DNA of 64,000 bases from Bacilli bacterium (GCA_051872415.1 JBJEDW010000042.1:56850-120849), one strand, 5' to 3'; positions 1 through 10,274 are shown, counted from the stretch's first letter. The notes: generated by a model not told the origin, from the letters alone. Program-made: numbers and translations.

Positions 1-89
1 CCAGTTATAAAAGAAGCTAATAAATTATTTGTTTTATTTTCTACTGGAATATGTTTATCTACTATTTTTTGATATTTTTTTGTTTCCAT
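1..89 (-). CDS. spoVAC: Stage V sporulation protein AC (SpoVAC), N-terminal part; gene runs off the window start
   Basis: Minus-strand ATG at 89 preceded by AGGAGG. Translation METKKYQKIVDKHIPVENKTNNLLASFITG resembles the SpoVAC N-terminus. Lies downstream of sigF, as in the spoIIA-spoVA arrangement. Confidence 0.5.
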   Translation of the reverse strand, partial: METKKYQKIVDKHIPVENKTNNLLASFIT

Positions 90-159
90 TTTTATTCCTC
101 CTGTTTTATTATGGAAATTTTATCTTTTTTTATACTAAATTAAGCTATAAAAAACAAGG

Positions 160-810
160 CTACATTAGTCTTGTTCTCAGTCTTGTTAAAATTTGTTTTT
201 CTTGTCTTGAAACTTTTACTTGATTTATTCCTAACTCTTTTGATAATTCACTTTGAGTTAATCCTTCTTCATAACGTTTTAGAATTAAATTTCTGTCATA
301 TTCATTTAGATTATCAAGTTCTCTTTTTAAATCAAGTATTTCTTCATTGTAAGCATTTTCTGTATACCCTAGTTTGTCATAAATTTTTAACTCTTCTTCA
401 TTTTCACTATCTAGACTTGCTACTAGAAAATTTGCTTCTTTTGCTTCTTCCAAAAGTTTTACATCTATTTCTAGGAATAATGCTATGTCAATATCACTAG
501 GAATGTATCCTAGTTTTTGAGTTAAAGAATCCCTTGTTTTTTCTACTTTTGTATTTAGTTTTACTAATTCTCTACTAACTTTTAAAACATTTGATTTTCT
601 TATATATTCTTTTACTTTACCGAGGACGTAGAAATAAGCGAAGGAAGAAAACTTAGTGTTTTTATCACTTTTATAGTTTTCATAAGCATCTAAAAGTCCC
701 ATCATACCTACTTGATATAAATCATCTTTGTCAAAATAATAAGTATATTTGTTAATTATGGAATAAACTATTTTTTCATTATCTAACAGAATTTGTGTTT
801 TATCATTCAT
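160..810 (-). CDS. sigF: Sporulation sigma factor SigF-like (sigma-70 family group 3), 216 aa
   Basis: Regions 2 to 4 align to SigF, e.g. INQVKVSRQEKQILTRLR versus ISQVQVSRLEKKILKQIK. Start overlaps the stop of the upstream STAS gene. spoVAC follows. Confidence 0.7.
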   Translation of the reverse strand: MNDKTQILLDNEKIVYSIINKYTYYFDKDDLYQVGMMGLLDAYENYKSDKNTKFSSFAYFYVLGKVKEYIRKSNVLKVSRELVKLNTKVEKTRDSLTQKLGYIPSDIDIALFLEIDVKLLEEAKEANFLVASLDSENEEELKIYDKLGYTENAYNEEILDLKRELDNLNEYDRNLILKRYEEGLTQSELSKELGINQVKVSRQEKQILTRLRTRLM

Positions 811-1142
811 ATATTTATTATTTCATAAGCAGTTACTTCTTCATTTACTTGATATAAATTTTCTGTTAGAATGTTATTTTTATCGAATAGTTTATTTATT
901 CCACAAATAATTAGTTTACCTTTGTTATTGACAATTTGTTTATAACTATTTTGAATTGCTTCTAGACCATAATTATCTATATAATCTAGTTTTTTTAAAT
1001 TTAAAAGAACATATTTAATTCCATTATCCTTTATTACCATTTCTAAGTCACTTTTAAGTAAGTTTACTGTATCTCCATTTAAAATTCCTTTTAAACGAAC
1101 CATTAAAATTCCCTGTTTAAATTCCATGTCTATGTCTAACAT
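807..1142 (-). CDS. spoIIAA: Anti-sigma factor antagonist (STAS domain, SpoIIAA-like)
   Basis: 111 aa. STAS fold with a phosphorylatable-Ser context (YIDNYGLEAI). Immediately upstream of the sigma gene. Confidence 0.75.
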   Translation of the reverse strand: MLDIDMEFKQGILMVRLKGILNGDTVNLLKSDLEMVIKDNGIKYVLLNLKKLDYIDNYGLEAIQNSYKQIVNNKGKLIICGINKLFDKNNILTENLYQVNEEVTAYEIINI

Positions 1143-1402
1143 TTTATTTGCTCCTTTTAAATTTATTTTTATTACTTATTTATAAGTATTAAAACTATAA
1201 CAAATGAAAAAGGAATTTTATGTCGATTTTTAAGATTGGAGTGTCATTTTACATTTTTATACTACTTATACGAAAAAAATAAAAGATGGGGTGATTTAAA
1301 ATCACAAAATAAACTACTAAAATATTTATTACAACATAAAAAACCTTTTCATATATATAATTACCTCAAAAATATATATGACCTAGGTTTTTGAAAATTT
1401 TT

Positions 1403-2131
1403 TTATTTTTTATTTAATTCATATAAAATTATGCTTGTAGCTACTGCTACATTAAGACTTTCTACGTTATTTGTTTTTATATGAACACTTTTCTCAACTT
1501 GTTTTTTTATTTTTTCACTTACTCCATTTGATTCATTTCCCATGATTACACAGAAATTATCTTTTGGAATTTCTGTTATATCTTCTCCAGTATTTACATC
1601 TGTTTTATATATATTTATATTTAGTTTTTTTAAGTTATTTATTGCTTCTTCTAAATCTTCTGTTATGATGTTTACTTTAAATATAGCTCCTTCAGTTGCC
1701 CTTATTGTTTTTTCGTTATAGACGTCACAACAGTCTTCGGATAAAATTATAGTATCTATATCAAATGCTGAAGCACTTCTTATAATTGTTCCAAGGTTTC
1801 CTGGATCACTTACTTTATCAAGCATTAAGTATCTTTTTCCAATGTATTCTAGGTTTTCTTTTTTTGTTGCTATACCTAAGATTTTTGATGTGTTAACACT
1901 TTTTATTTTATCCATTACTTTAGAAGTTACCTCGTAAATAGGACAATCAAGTTTTAAAGAAATATTTTCATTTTCTAATATATAAACTTCTTCTAAACGA
2001 TTTTCAAGATAAGCTTCTTCTATTAGATTTTCTGTTTCTATGATGAATTTATTTTCGATATTGCGGTATTTTTTTTGTTTTAGTTTAACGATTTCTTTTA
2101 TTTTTTTATTGTCTGTACTTGTTATTAACAT
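1403..2131 (-). CDS. TrmH/SpoU family RNA 2'-O-methyltransferase
   Basis: SpoU methylase motifs GNLGTIIRSA, GNESNGVS and LNVAVATSIILYE. Confidence 0.8.
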   Translation of the reverse strand: MLITSTDNKKIKEIVKLKQKKYRNIENKFIIETENLIEEAYLENRLEEVYILENENISLKLDCPIYEVTSKVMDKIKSVNTSKILGIATKKENLEYIGKRYLMLDKVSDPGNLGTIIRSASAFDIDTIILSEDCCDVYNEKTIRATEGAIFKVNIITEDLEEAINNLKKLNINIYKTDVNTGEDITEIPKDNFCVIMGNESNGVSEKIKKQVEKSVHIKTNNVESLNVAVATSIILYELNKK

Positions 2132-2308
2132 ATATTCTCCTTTTTATATTCTGCTACTTTTACTATTTTTTAGTAAATATTCATTTAGATAACTATAATC
2201 ATGTCCAACAATGAAATTTTAAGTTTTATGATATTTTTTAATATTTCGATCTATTAATATGTAATTAAAATGCAATCGCAACTATATTATAAGCTTTTAT
2301 TTAAATTA

Positions 2309-2779
2309 CTATTTTTCAGAATTACTATATACATTTCCATTTTCATCCATTGTATAACCATTTTCACTTTCACATATTTTATTCAATTTTAATGGTTTTT
2401 CAAAACTAACTTTAACAGAATAATCCCAAACATTTCCTTGTTCAATCTCACCAGAAACACTATCATCAAAACTAAAGTATGCTTCTAAATAATTATCTCC
2501 ATTTTCTCCCCCGGAAGTTTGATATATATTACCTTCAATATTACTATCAAATTCAACAGGTACGAAACATCCCTTAATTTCTCCGCCTTCTAAATTCAAC
2601 TCATAAGCATGTTTACCTTTGACAATAGGTATTTCCTGTCCAAAAACAGATAAACTTTCAAGTTTAGGTTCTTTGTAGTGTTCATATAAAAAATAGCCAG
2701 TAATTGCAAGAGCAATAACCACTAAAAGTAATATAGGATAAATATAATTGAACTTTTTATTTCGTTTTTTCTTAGCCAT
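2309..2779 (-). CDS. Hypothetical membrane-anchored protein
   Basis: Basic N-terminus followed by one TM helix. No recognisable domain. Confidence 0.5.
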   Translation of the reverse strand: MAKKKRNKKFNYIYPILLLVVIALAITGYFLYEHYKEPKLESLSVFGQEIPIVKGKHAYELNLEGGEIKGCFVPVEFDSNIEGNIYQTSGGENGDNYLEAYFSFDDSVSGEIEQGNVWDYSVKVSFEKPLKLNKICESENGYTMDENGNVYSNSEK

Positions 2780-2877
2780 AATAACACCTCGCTATAATTA
2801 TATAATAAAAGCATAAGAAATTCAATCATATGCATCTTGAATTTCTTTTTTAAACAAGAGAATAAAATTATAAATCC

Positions 2878-3516
2878 TTATACATTTTTCATCTCTTTTT
2901 TTATTTGTTTATAATTTGGAACATATTTTTCTACTAAAGTCCAAAAATCTTTGGAATGATTTGGATGCTTTAAGTGACATAATTCATGATAAATAACGTA
3001 GATTAGATATTTTGGATTTAGTTTTATTAGTTCTAAATTTAAGGTTATGGTTTTATTTGTTATATTACATACTCCCCATTTACCTTTCATTTTTCTTATT
3101 TTTAGAAGTGGTTTATATTTTGCTTCCTTAAAATTTTGAAAACAAGAATTGTAATAGTTTTCAAATACTTCTATAGCGTTTTTTTTGTACCAATTATCAA
3201 TATTTACGTTTTTTCCTATTAAGGCTTTTTCATCTCCAAGAAAAATTTTTCTTTCATTTATGTAGCAAATATCATAAAGTTTTCCTAGGTACTGAAATTT
3301 GTCCTTTTTTTTTGCTAAGACTTCTTCTTTTTGGATAATTACTTTTGAGATATAATCTATGTTACTTTCAACAAATTTTTGTATTTTCTTTTCGCTTATT
3401 TTTAATGGTGCGGTTACTACTATTTTTAAGTCATCTTTTATTCTAAGATACATGTTTTTATTGTTTTTATATATTATTTCTACGTTGTAGATTTTATTAT
3501 TTATTTTTATATTCAT
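2878..3516 (-). CDS. YgjP-like metal-dependent hydrolase (DUF45 / M48 family)
   Basis: HELCHLKHPNHSKDFW motif typical of the YgjP/DUF45 family. Confidence 0.75.
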   Translation of the reverse strand: MNIKINNKIYNVEIIYKNNKNMYLRIKDDLKIVVTAPLKISEKKIQKFVESNIDYISKVIIQKEEVLAKKKDKFQYLGKLYDICYINERKIFLGDEKALIGKNVNIDNWYKKNAIEVFENYYNSCFQNFKEAKYKPLLKIRKMKGKWGVCNITNKTITLNLELIKLNPKYLIYVIYHELCHLKHPNHSKDFWTLVEKYVPNYKQIKKEMKNV

Positions 3517-3528
3517 ATTATTTCCTTT

Positions 3529-4506
3529 TTAAAGCAAATTATCTTGATGACTTTTTTCAAAGTATTCGTAAGCTTTTGTAGTTGCTATTCTTCCTCTTGA
3601 AGTTCTTTTAAGCATTCCTATTTGAATTAGGTAAGGTTCATACATATCTTCAATTGTTGATGTTTCTTCTCCGACTGCTGTTGCTAGTGAATCTATTCCT
3701 ACAGGGCCACCTGAGAATTTTTCAATAATTGCTAGTAGTAATTCTTTATCAGTTTCATCTAGTCCTATTCTATCTATTTTTAATCTATCTAAAGCTTTTT
3801 TTGTTACTTCAAGGTCAATAGTTCCTTTTCCTTCAACTAGGGCAAAGTCTCTTACTCTTCTAAAGAGTTTGTTAGCTATTCTAGGGGTACCTCTGCTTCT
3901 ACTTGCTAGTTCTTTGGCTGCTTCTTCTTCGATTTCTGCTTCTAAAACTTTACTTGTTCTTTTTATAATTTTTGTTAATTCTTCTTCGGTATAATACTGA
4001 AGTTTATTTACTATTCCAAATCTATCTCTTAGTGGTGAAGTTAAATCTCCAGCTTTTGTGGTTGCTCCGACTAAAGTAAATGGAGGCAAATCTATTTTTA
4101 TATTTCTAGTTGAACCTTCACTTCCAATTATTATATCTAGAGTAAAATCTTCCATGGCAGGATAAAGGATTTCTTCGATAAATCTTGGCATACGATGAAT
4201 TTCATCAATAAATAGAACATCTCCAGGCTCTAGCGATGAAAGGACTGCTGCTAAATCACCTGGTTTTTCTATTGATGGACCACTTGCAGTTTTTATATTT
4301 ACTTCAAGTTCATTTGCTATAATGTAGGCCATTGTTGTTTTACCAAGTCCTGGCGGGCCATATAAAAGAACATGATCTAGGCTTTCTCCTCTTATTTTAG
4401 CAGCCTCTATGAAAACTTTCATGTTGTTTTTTACTTCTTTTTGACCAATATATTCTTCAATTAGGGCTGGTCTTATTGCTATTTCTAATTTTTCTTCTTT
4501 TTCCAT
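3529..4506 (-). CDS. ruvB: Holliday junction branch migration ATPase RuvB
   Basis: [12 protein letters not shown] Walker A and full-length RuvB similarity. Confidence 0.95.
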   Translation of the reverse strand: MEKEEKLEIAIRPALIEEYIGQKEVKNNMKVFIEAAKIRGESLDHVLLYGPPGLGKTTMAYIIANELEVNIKTASGPSIEKPGDLAAVLSSLEPGDVLFIDEIHRMPRFIEEILYPAMEDFTLDIIIGSEGSTRNIKIDLPPFTLVGATTKAGDLTSPLRDRFGIVNKLQYYTEEELTKIIKRTSKVLEAEIEEEAAKELASRSRGTPRIANKLFRRVRDFALVEGKGTIDLEVTKKALDRLKIDRIGLDETDKELLLAIIEKFSGGPVGIDSLATAVGEETSTIEDMYEPYLIQIGMLKRTSRGRIATTKAYEYFEKSHQDNLL

Positions 4507-4510
4507 GCAA

Positions 4511-5125
4511 TCACCTTTCTAATAGTTTATTTTCTATTTCGTTTAAATTTTGTTTTTTAACTTTGGTTAGGTAACATTTTCCACATAAAGGTACATAACA
4601 AATATTTGCTGTTCCATCTATTACTATTTCTTCACCTTCTAGAACAAAATTTTCTCCAACTTTTCTTCCTACGTATCTTGCAATTTCTCCGCATCCACAA
4701 AGGGTTGTTAACTCTTCAAGGACATCTGCTATTTCAAGTAATCTTTTACTACCTGCGAAGCTTTCCATTTTAAAATTTGTTCTAAGTCCATAACAGATTA
4801 CTGGGATATTACATGCTTTAGAAATCAAAAATAAGTCTTCTACTTGCTTTATTGAAAGAAACTGCGCTTCATCTACCAAAATACAAGAAATACCTTTTAA
4901 TTTTCCTTTTAGAACTTCAATTAAATTGTCAGAATATAATAGTAAAACATCTATTTTCTTTTCTACTCCAAGCCTGGATGATACAGTATCTTTTGTTTTA
5001 GTATCTATTATTGATTTTATTATTAATACTTTGTAACCATTTTCTTCATAATTGTAGGCTGTTCTTATTAAATCTGTACTTTTTCCTGAATTCATGCTGG
5101 CATATTTAAAATGCATTTTCGCCAT
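4511..5125 (-). CDS. tdk: Thymidine kinase
   Basis: MNSGKST P-loop and a C-terminal zinc ribbon (CxxC..CxxC), typical of Tdk. Confidence 0.9.
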   Translation of the reverse strand: MAKMHFKYASMNSGKSTDLIRTAYNYEENGYKVLIIKSIIDTKTKDTVSSRLGVEKKIDVLLLYSDNLIEVLKGKLKGISCILVDEAQFLSIKQVEDLFLISKACNIPVICYGLRTNFKMESFAGSKRLLEIADVLEELTTLCGCGEIARYVGRKVGENFVLEGEEIVIDGTANICYVPLCGKCYLTKVKKQNLNEIENKLLER

Positions 5126-5140
5126 AATATCACTCCTATT

Positions 5141-5959
5141 TTATTTATTAATTATTTGAGTTAATTCGTTATAGAAATATTCCACATCAATGATATGTTT
5201 TGTTATAGTTTCCTCATCTTCATTGAAAGAAATTGTTTGCTTTATAATTAAATCATTATTATCATAAAAAACGTTTAACACTCTAGTAGTACAAAAATTA
5301 TTTATAATACTTTGCACATAAGGATTATTCAAATCTATAAATTGTTTGAATCCTACGAAACGATATTCTAATATATTAAATACTCCAACCCATCTTGTTT
5401 GGGGAGGATCACTCCACAAATCGATTTCTTTTGTTTGAATTTCATAATTTGTTAAATGGCATCTATAATTTGGAAAAGAAATATCAAATCTAAATTTCTT
5501 GCGATGAAACTTATCTTTTTCATCAATTCTTCTAGTCATAGTTTTTCTTTCAATAGTAAATGAATCTTGATATTTGCTGTAACATATTTTTTTATAAATT
5601 TTATATTCATGCAATGGTTTAAAAGCGTAAAATATAATTATAAATATCATACCTATTATAAAGGAAGTTACGAATATAATAGCTAATTTTTCATATTTTC
5701 CATCAGTAGATGAAATAGTTCCAACGTTTATTGTTCTAATTCCTATGAATGTTGCAACTATTATCATTAAAAGAAAAAACACTATAACCATTCTAGATTT
5801 TTTTTCGTAATCTATACTTCCATGTAACGATTTATATTGTTCTGGATTTTTTTGTTTTGACATTTTATTAAATTTATATTCTGCTTTAAAGTATACTATC
5901 GCTCCAATTATCATAAATACTATAATAATAAGATAAATTCCCATATTAAAATATTTCAT
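5141..5959 (-). CDS. Hypothetical integral membrane protein
   Basis: Several hydrophobic helices, no known domain. Sits between ruvA and tdk. Confidence 0.5.
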   Translation of the reverse strand: MKYFNMGIYLIIIVFMIIGAIVYFKAEYKFNKMSKQKNPEQYKSLHGSIDYEKKSRMVIVFFLLMIIVATFIGIRTINVGTISSTDGKYEKLAIIFVTSFIIGMIFIIIFYAFKPLHEYKIYKKICYSKYQDSFTIERKTMTRRIDEKDKFHRKKFRFDISFPNYRCHLTNYEIQTKEIDLWSDPPQTRWVGVFNILEYRFVGFKQFIDLNNPYVQSIINNFCTTRVLNVFYDNNDLIIKQTISFNEDEETITKHIIDVEYFYNELTQIINK

Positions 5960-5969
5960 TTTTACTCCT

Positions 5970-6530
5970 TTATTTCAAAAGTAGTTTTAAAGCATCTTTT
6001 ACTTGTTCTTCTACTTTTTTTGTTTCATCTATTTTAGGAATTATTCCTTTGAAATCTTTTTCTTTGTATCCTAAACCTTTTAAAACTTCGATTAATTCTT
6101 CTTTGGTGTTTTCATCTTGAATATCTACTTTTGCAAGTTTTCCTTTTAAATCTAAGATTATTTGTCTAGCTACTTTTTCTCCTATTTTAGGGAATTTTTT
6201 TAAATATAAAATATTTTCTCTTTCAATTGCATCTATTATTCCATTTACTCCGCCTGTTGCAAACATTGGAAGAGCCATTTTTGGACCAAGTCCTTTTACA
6301 CTTATTAGTTTTAGGAATAGTTCTTTTTCCTCAATATTTTTAAAACCATATAAAGTGTGTTCATCTTCTCTTATGTGTTCGTATAAGTATACTTTTGCTT
6401 CTTTTTCAATTTCAAATGAATAAGGATTGGACACATTTATTTCATAACCAATATTGTTAGTTTCTAAAATTATTTGATTTGAAGTTTGATCTTTTACTTT
6501 TCCTATTATGTACGCATACATTTTTATCAC
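5970..6530 (-). CDS. ruvA: Holliday junction DNA helicase subunit RuvA
   Basis: The N-terminal OB fold and HhH region are recognisable: MIKMYAYIIGKV, ELFLKLISVKGLGPKMA. Confidence 0.9.
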   Translation of the reverse strand: MIKMYAYIIGKVKDQTSNQIILETNNIGYEINVSNPYSFEIEKEAKVYLYEHIREDEHTLYGFKNIEEKELFLKLISVKGLGPKMALPMFATGGVNGIIDAIERENILYLKKFPKIGEKVARQIILDLKGKLAKVDIQDENTKEELIEVLKGLGYKEKDFKGIIPKIDETKKVEEQVKDALKLLLK

Positions 6531-6648
6531 ATCCTGTAGTCATTATAACATGAACAATAGTTTTAATCAATATAGTTCGCGAACATTTGTTCTTTTTTGC
6601 AAAAAAAATTATAATACTTTTCTATTACACAAAAAAAGAAAAACTTCA

Positions 6649-6816
6649 TTATTTTCCTTTTCTTTGTACTGATAGTCCTAACATTAAAGTAGATAGCGCT
6701 ATGTTACTAGAGCCCATCGCTATATCCCCTGTTGAAAAATTGATTACTGCTGCAATAATCAAAAGTATAAATGATATTCTATATAAATTAATTTCATTTT
6801 TATTCTTCACTTTCAT
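6649..6816 (-). CDS. Possible small membrane protein (55 aa), not in the ORF track
   Basis: ATG at 6816 with GGTGA about 8 nt upstream. Hydrophobic core FILLIIAAVINF. Unsupported beyond this. Confidence 0.25.
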   Translation of the reverse strand: MKVKNKNEINLYRISFILLIIAAVINFSTGDIAMGSSNIALSTLMLGLSVQRKGK

Positions 6817-6875
6817 ACTAGCTTCACCATATATAGTTTATCATTAAATTATTAAAAAAGAAAGTTATTTTAAAA

Positions 6876-7121
6876 CTATTTTATATAATCATCTAAATTA
6901 TCAGGTACTTTATCTTGCATAATTGTATTTATTATTTTATCTTCTTTTTCTTTAGGAACTTCTTTACCTGTCAAAATACTAATTTGCTTTATTACATCTC
7001 TTAAAGCATCTTCATTTTTCATATTATCATCTTGTAATTTTTCTGCCAAAGAAAGAATTGTATCTTTATCAACGCTTGTCTTTTTCTCTACTTTTTTAAA
7101 AAAGTTATCACTTAATCTCAA
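6876..7121 (-). CDS. Hypothetical small acidic protein
   Basis: 81-aa ORF upstream of der, no domain recognised. Confidence 0.45.
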   Translation of the reverse strand: MRLSDNFFKKVEKKTSVDKDTILSLAEKLQDDNMKNEDALRDVIKQISILTGKEVPKEKEDKIINTIMQDKVPDNLDDYIK

Positions 7122-7185
7122 AATTAAAACCTCCTACTATAAGGTATGTAGAAGGCCTATTTTTTGTTATTAAATATTTTATTTT

Positions 7186-8499
7186 TTACAATAGATCATT
7201 TTTGTTTTTGAAATTTATTTCTATTGGAGTTCCTTCAAAGTCAAAGCTTTCTCTTATTTTGTTTTCTAGGTATCTTTCATAGGAGAAATGAACAAGTCCT
7301 TTATTGTTAACATTAAAGGTAAATTTAGGTGGTTTTACTCCAGTTTGGCTTACAAAATATATTTTTAACCTTTTACCTTTATAACTTGGTGCAGGATTTA
7401 GACTATATGCTTCTGCTATTACATTGTTTAAAACACTTGTTTTTATTTCTTTATTCTGATTTTCTCTTACTTTTTTCACTTCTGGCATTAAAGTATGAAG
7501 TCTTTTTTTAGTAAGTGCTGAAAGAAATACTACTGGGGCATAAGAGATAAATTTGAATTCTTCTTTTATATTTTTAGTAAACTCTTTGATATCTTTATCT
7601 TTTTCAAGTACTATATCCCATTTATTCACTACAATTATTATTCCTTTTCCTTTTTCAAGAGCATATCCTGCGATATGTTTATCATGTTCTATTATTCCTT
7701 CTTCTCTATTTATCACTAAAAGGCAAATGTCTGCTCTATCGATAGCACGCATACTACGAAGAAAACTATATTTTTCTATTTTTTCAAAGATTTTGCCTTT
7801 TTTTCTCATACCTGCAGTATCTATTAAAATATAATCTTCTTTGTCATATTTAAATGGAATATCTACAGAATCTCTAGTTGTTCCTGCAACATCACTTACT
7901 ATTACTCTCTCTTCATTTAAAAGGGCATTTACTAAACTACTTTTACCAACATTTGGACGCCCTATTACACATATTTTAGTTATATCTTCTTTTTCTTTTC
8001 CTTCTTTAGTAAAGTCTTTAGTTAGTTCATCAAGTAGATCTGCTATTCCACGATTATGTTCTCCACTTACTTCTATATAAGTATCAAATCCTAATTCATA
8101 GAAGTCGTAAATATTGTTTTCTGCTTGTTTATTATCTACTTTATTGATTGCTACTATAACATCTTTTCCTGATTTTTGAAGAAGTTCTTTTACTTCAAGA
8201 TCATTTGATGTTAATCCTTCTTTTGCATCTACAACAAAGATAATTTTATCAGCTTCAAGGACTCCTATTTCTACTTGAGTCTTTATTTCATCATTAAATA
8301 GTTCTTTTGATATATCTAACCCTCCGGTATCAATTAAATTGAACTTTTTTCCTTGATAAGTTACTTCTCCATATATTCTATCTCTAGTTACACCAGGAGT
8401 ATCTTCAATAATTGATATTTTTTTTCCTACTAACTTGTTGAAAAGTGTTGATTTTCCAACATTTGGTCTCCCTACTATACATACTGTTGGTAAACTCAT
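7186..8499 (-). CDS. der: Ribosome biogenesis GTPase Der (EngA)
   Basis: Two tandem G domains, GRPNVGKST at both, and a KH-like C-terminus. Confidence 0.95.
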   Translation of the reverse strand: MSLPTVCIVGRPNVGKSTLFNKLVGKKISIIEDTPGVTRDRIYGEVTYQGKKFNLIDTGGLDISKELFNDEIKTQVEIGVLEADKIIFVVDAKEGLTSNDLEVKELLQKSGKDVIVAINKVDNKQAENNIYDFYELGFDTYIEVSGEHNRGIADLLDELTKDFTKEGKEKEDITKICVIGRPNVGKSSLVNALLNEERVIVSDVAGTTRDSVDIPFKYDKEDYILIDTAGMRKKGKIFEKIEKYSFLRSMRAIDRADICLLVINREEGIIEHDKHIAGYALEKGKGIIIVVNKWDIVLEKDKDIKEFTKNIKEEFKFISYAPVVFLSALTKKRLHTLMPEVKKVRENQNKEIKTSVLNNVIAEAYSLNPAPSYKGKRLKIYFVSQTGVKPPKFTFNVNNKGLVHFSYERYLENKIRESFDFEGTPIEINFKNKNDLL

Positions 8500-8573
8500 C
8501 CAATCACCTCTTTTTTTCTTTATGATTATAACAAAAAAAAAGGAAAAAAGCTAGGTCTTTTCCTAAAGTTTAG

Positions 8574-8963
8574 TTATCCTTGATAGGTTGCTTCTCCAAA
8601 TGCTAATATTGGATAAGCAATTATCGGCAAGAATACTGCTAACACTGCAAAACCTGTATCTTTTCCAAATGCTTTAGCAAGTTTAATTGGTATTAAAATT
8701 GAATATACTAGAGCCGCAAACGGAACAAATAACATAATAAGAATATGCCACCATTCTAACTTGATCACTCTTAGCATCACTACTATATTGTAGATTGGCA
8801 CAATAGCTGCCCATCCAGGTTGACCAGCTTTCTTATAAATCATCCAAATTGTTATAATTAAGAAAACTGTTACTGCAAGTGATGATACCCAAAAACCTGC
8901 ACCAAGAACTGCAAATGGATTGTCTGTAGTAGTCGCAGTTACATCGTAATAAGTATAATCCAT
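8574..8963 (-). CDS. Small integral membrane protein
   Basis: 129 aa with 3-4 TM helices and a conserved PGWAAIVPIYN stretch. Confidence 0.5.
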   Translation of the reverse strand: MDYTYYDVTATTTDNPFAVLGAGFWVSSLAVTVFLIITIWMIYKKAGQPGWAAIVPIYNIVVMLRVIKLEWWHILIMLFVPFAALVYSILIPIKLAKAFGKDTGFAVLAVFLPIIAYPILAFGEATYQG

Positions 8964-9036
8964 ATCTTTTCCTCCTTTATAATAACATTATACTTTAGAT
9001 AATTTATCATGTCTAGTTTTTTTACTTGCCCTTAAA

Positions 9037-9627
9037 TTATTTATTTCTTTGAAAAACACTTAAAAATTTTGAAAACTCAAATAATATTTCATTCGCGTTG
9101 TTGATTGCAATTGTTTTTCCAAAAGCTTTTCCTCCAATTGTAAGCGCTGAAATAATACTTGTTGTAATTATTGTTACAATTACTGTGTTTATTCCAATAA
9201 GTGTTGCTAATTTTATGCTTATTGCAAGACCACAACTACCACTTACAACGCCACAGATATCCCCGATTACATCGTTTAAAAATGATGAAACTTTATCTTT
9301 TTGATTTATTAGTTTTATAGCTTGTTTTGCGCCATTTACTTTTTTAGTAGCCATCGAGTGAAATATTTTATCATCTGCTGTTGCAACAGATAGTCCTATT
9401 GCATCGAATATTACTCCAATAAATATGAACATTAATACCAAAAATATTGATACTGCTATAAAAGTGTTTGGAATGATTAATTCACTTATTAAAGATAAGC
9501 AAAATGATATTATAAAAGATATAATTGTTATTGTAAGTAACCATTTTGTATCTGCTTCTTTATTTTTCTTTTTATCTTGTTTTTTTGGCTCTTTGGTATA
9601 TTTTTCTTTGAACTGTTTTATTTTCAT
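9037..9627 (-). CDS. Multi-pass membrane protein, 196 aa; possibly OLE-associated protein OapA
   Basis: About 21 kDa with 4 predicted TM helices. Lies directly downstream, on the same strand, of a ~620-bp structured non-coding region. Confidence 0.5.
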   Translation of the reverse strand: MKIKQFKEKYTKEPKKQDKKKNKEADTKWLLTITIISFIISFCLSLISELIIPNTFIAVSIFLVLMFIFIGVIFDAIGLSVATADDKIFHSMATKKVNGAKQAIKLINQKDKVSSFLNDVIGDICGVVSGSCGLAISIKLATLIGINTVIVTIITTSIISALTIGGKAFGKTIAINNANEILFEFSKFLSVFQRNK

Positions 9628-9649
9628 TTGTTTTAAAGTTCCTCCTTAA

Positions 9650-10270
9650 TACGATTTTATCATAGTTTTTTCTAAGAAAAAAGACCAATATGGTCTTCCT
9701 ATAAAATGGCTAATCTATAGTTAACTTTACGTCTTAGGTCAAGTTGGATTTCCCTATTTCTTACTTTGCCGTTACCAGCAGAGCAGTTCCCTTTTAAAAG
9801 AAACAGTAGTATGTTACCATAGCTACGACTTGATTACCACTTAGTACGCACTGCAATCCTATAAATTATCACTCTAGGGGTTTTCCCCTCTGACAAGTTT
9901 GGTTACTAATACTCTTTTGCAATTACAGTTTCATATAGCAATAATTATATTTTATTGGCCAGTAAAATATAATTTGATCTATAATCCCCTGTAACCACTC
10001 AAGTCACGCTTTTATAATTATTATTTAATTATAGATTTTGCTCCTTAAATTAAGGTCTTAGTGAAAGAATGGGTCGGAATCATATGCCATTATGAGCGCC
10101 CATAAATTCTAACCTTTTAGTAATCACCCCAAACTGGGCGTATGAAGCAAATACTAAAAGTTTCGCAAATTAGCTTTTTAGTGGATTTTTAGCCCCACCT
10201 TCGTAACTTTTGTCAACTAGAATAATGTACCATTTTTCTAGTGGTTTAAATTATATCACAAATGGATAAA
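9650..10270 (-). ncRNA. Large structured non-coding RNA candidate (OLE-like?)
   Basis: About 620 bp with no ORF on either strand. Locally elevated GC, e.g. gccgttaccagcagagcagttccc and gggtcggaatcatatgccattatgagcgcccat. Positioned exactly upstream of a small membrane-protein gene. Confidence 0.35.
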
Positions 10271-10274
10271 AAAA

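Noticed and set aside
171-500. Leu/Phe-rich ORFs in the ORF track antisense to well-supported genes (for example 171..500, 7329..8080, 24182..25183, 29950..30483, 46532..47039)
   Set aside because: They are reverse-frame artefacts of AT-rich coding DNA: homopolymeric L/F/I composition, no RBS, and complete overlap with conserved genes.
6587-6847. 86-aa plus-strand ORF between ruvA and the 81-aa gene
   Set aside because: It starts inside an A-run with no RBS. The opposite strand holds a more plausible 55-aa ORF with a GGTGA RBS, listed at low confidence.
9650-10270. tmRNA (ssrA) or RNase P RNA as the identity of the 620-bp non-coding region
   Set aside because: There is no GGGG...UUCGAC 5' end or tRNA-Ala-like 3' end, and no tag-peptide frame ending in ..LAA, on either strand. 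The RNase P universal motifs (AGGAAAGUCC, ACAGAAA..GCUUA) are absent. The region is too long for either (~360 nt and ~400 nt).
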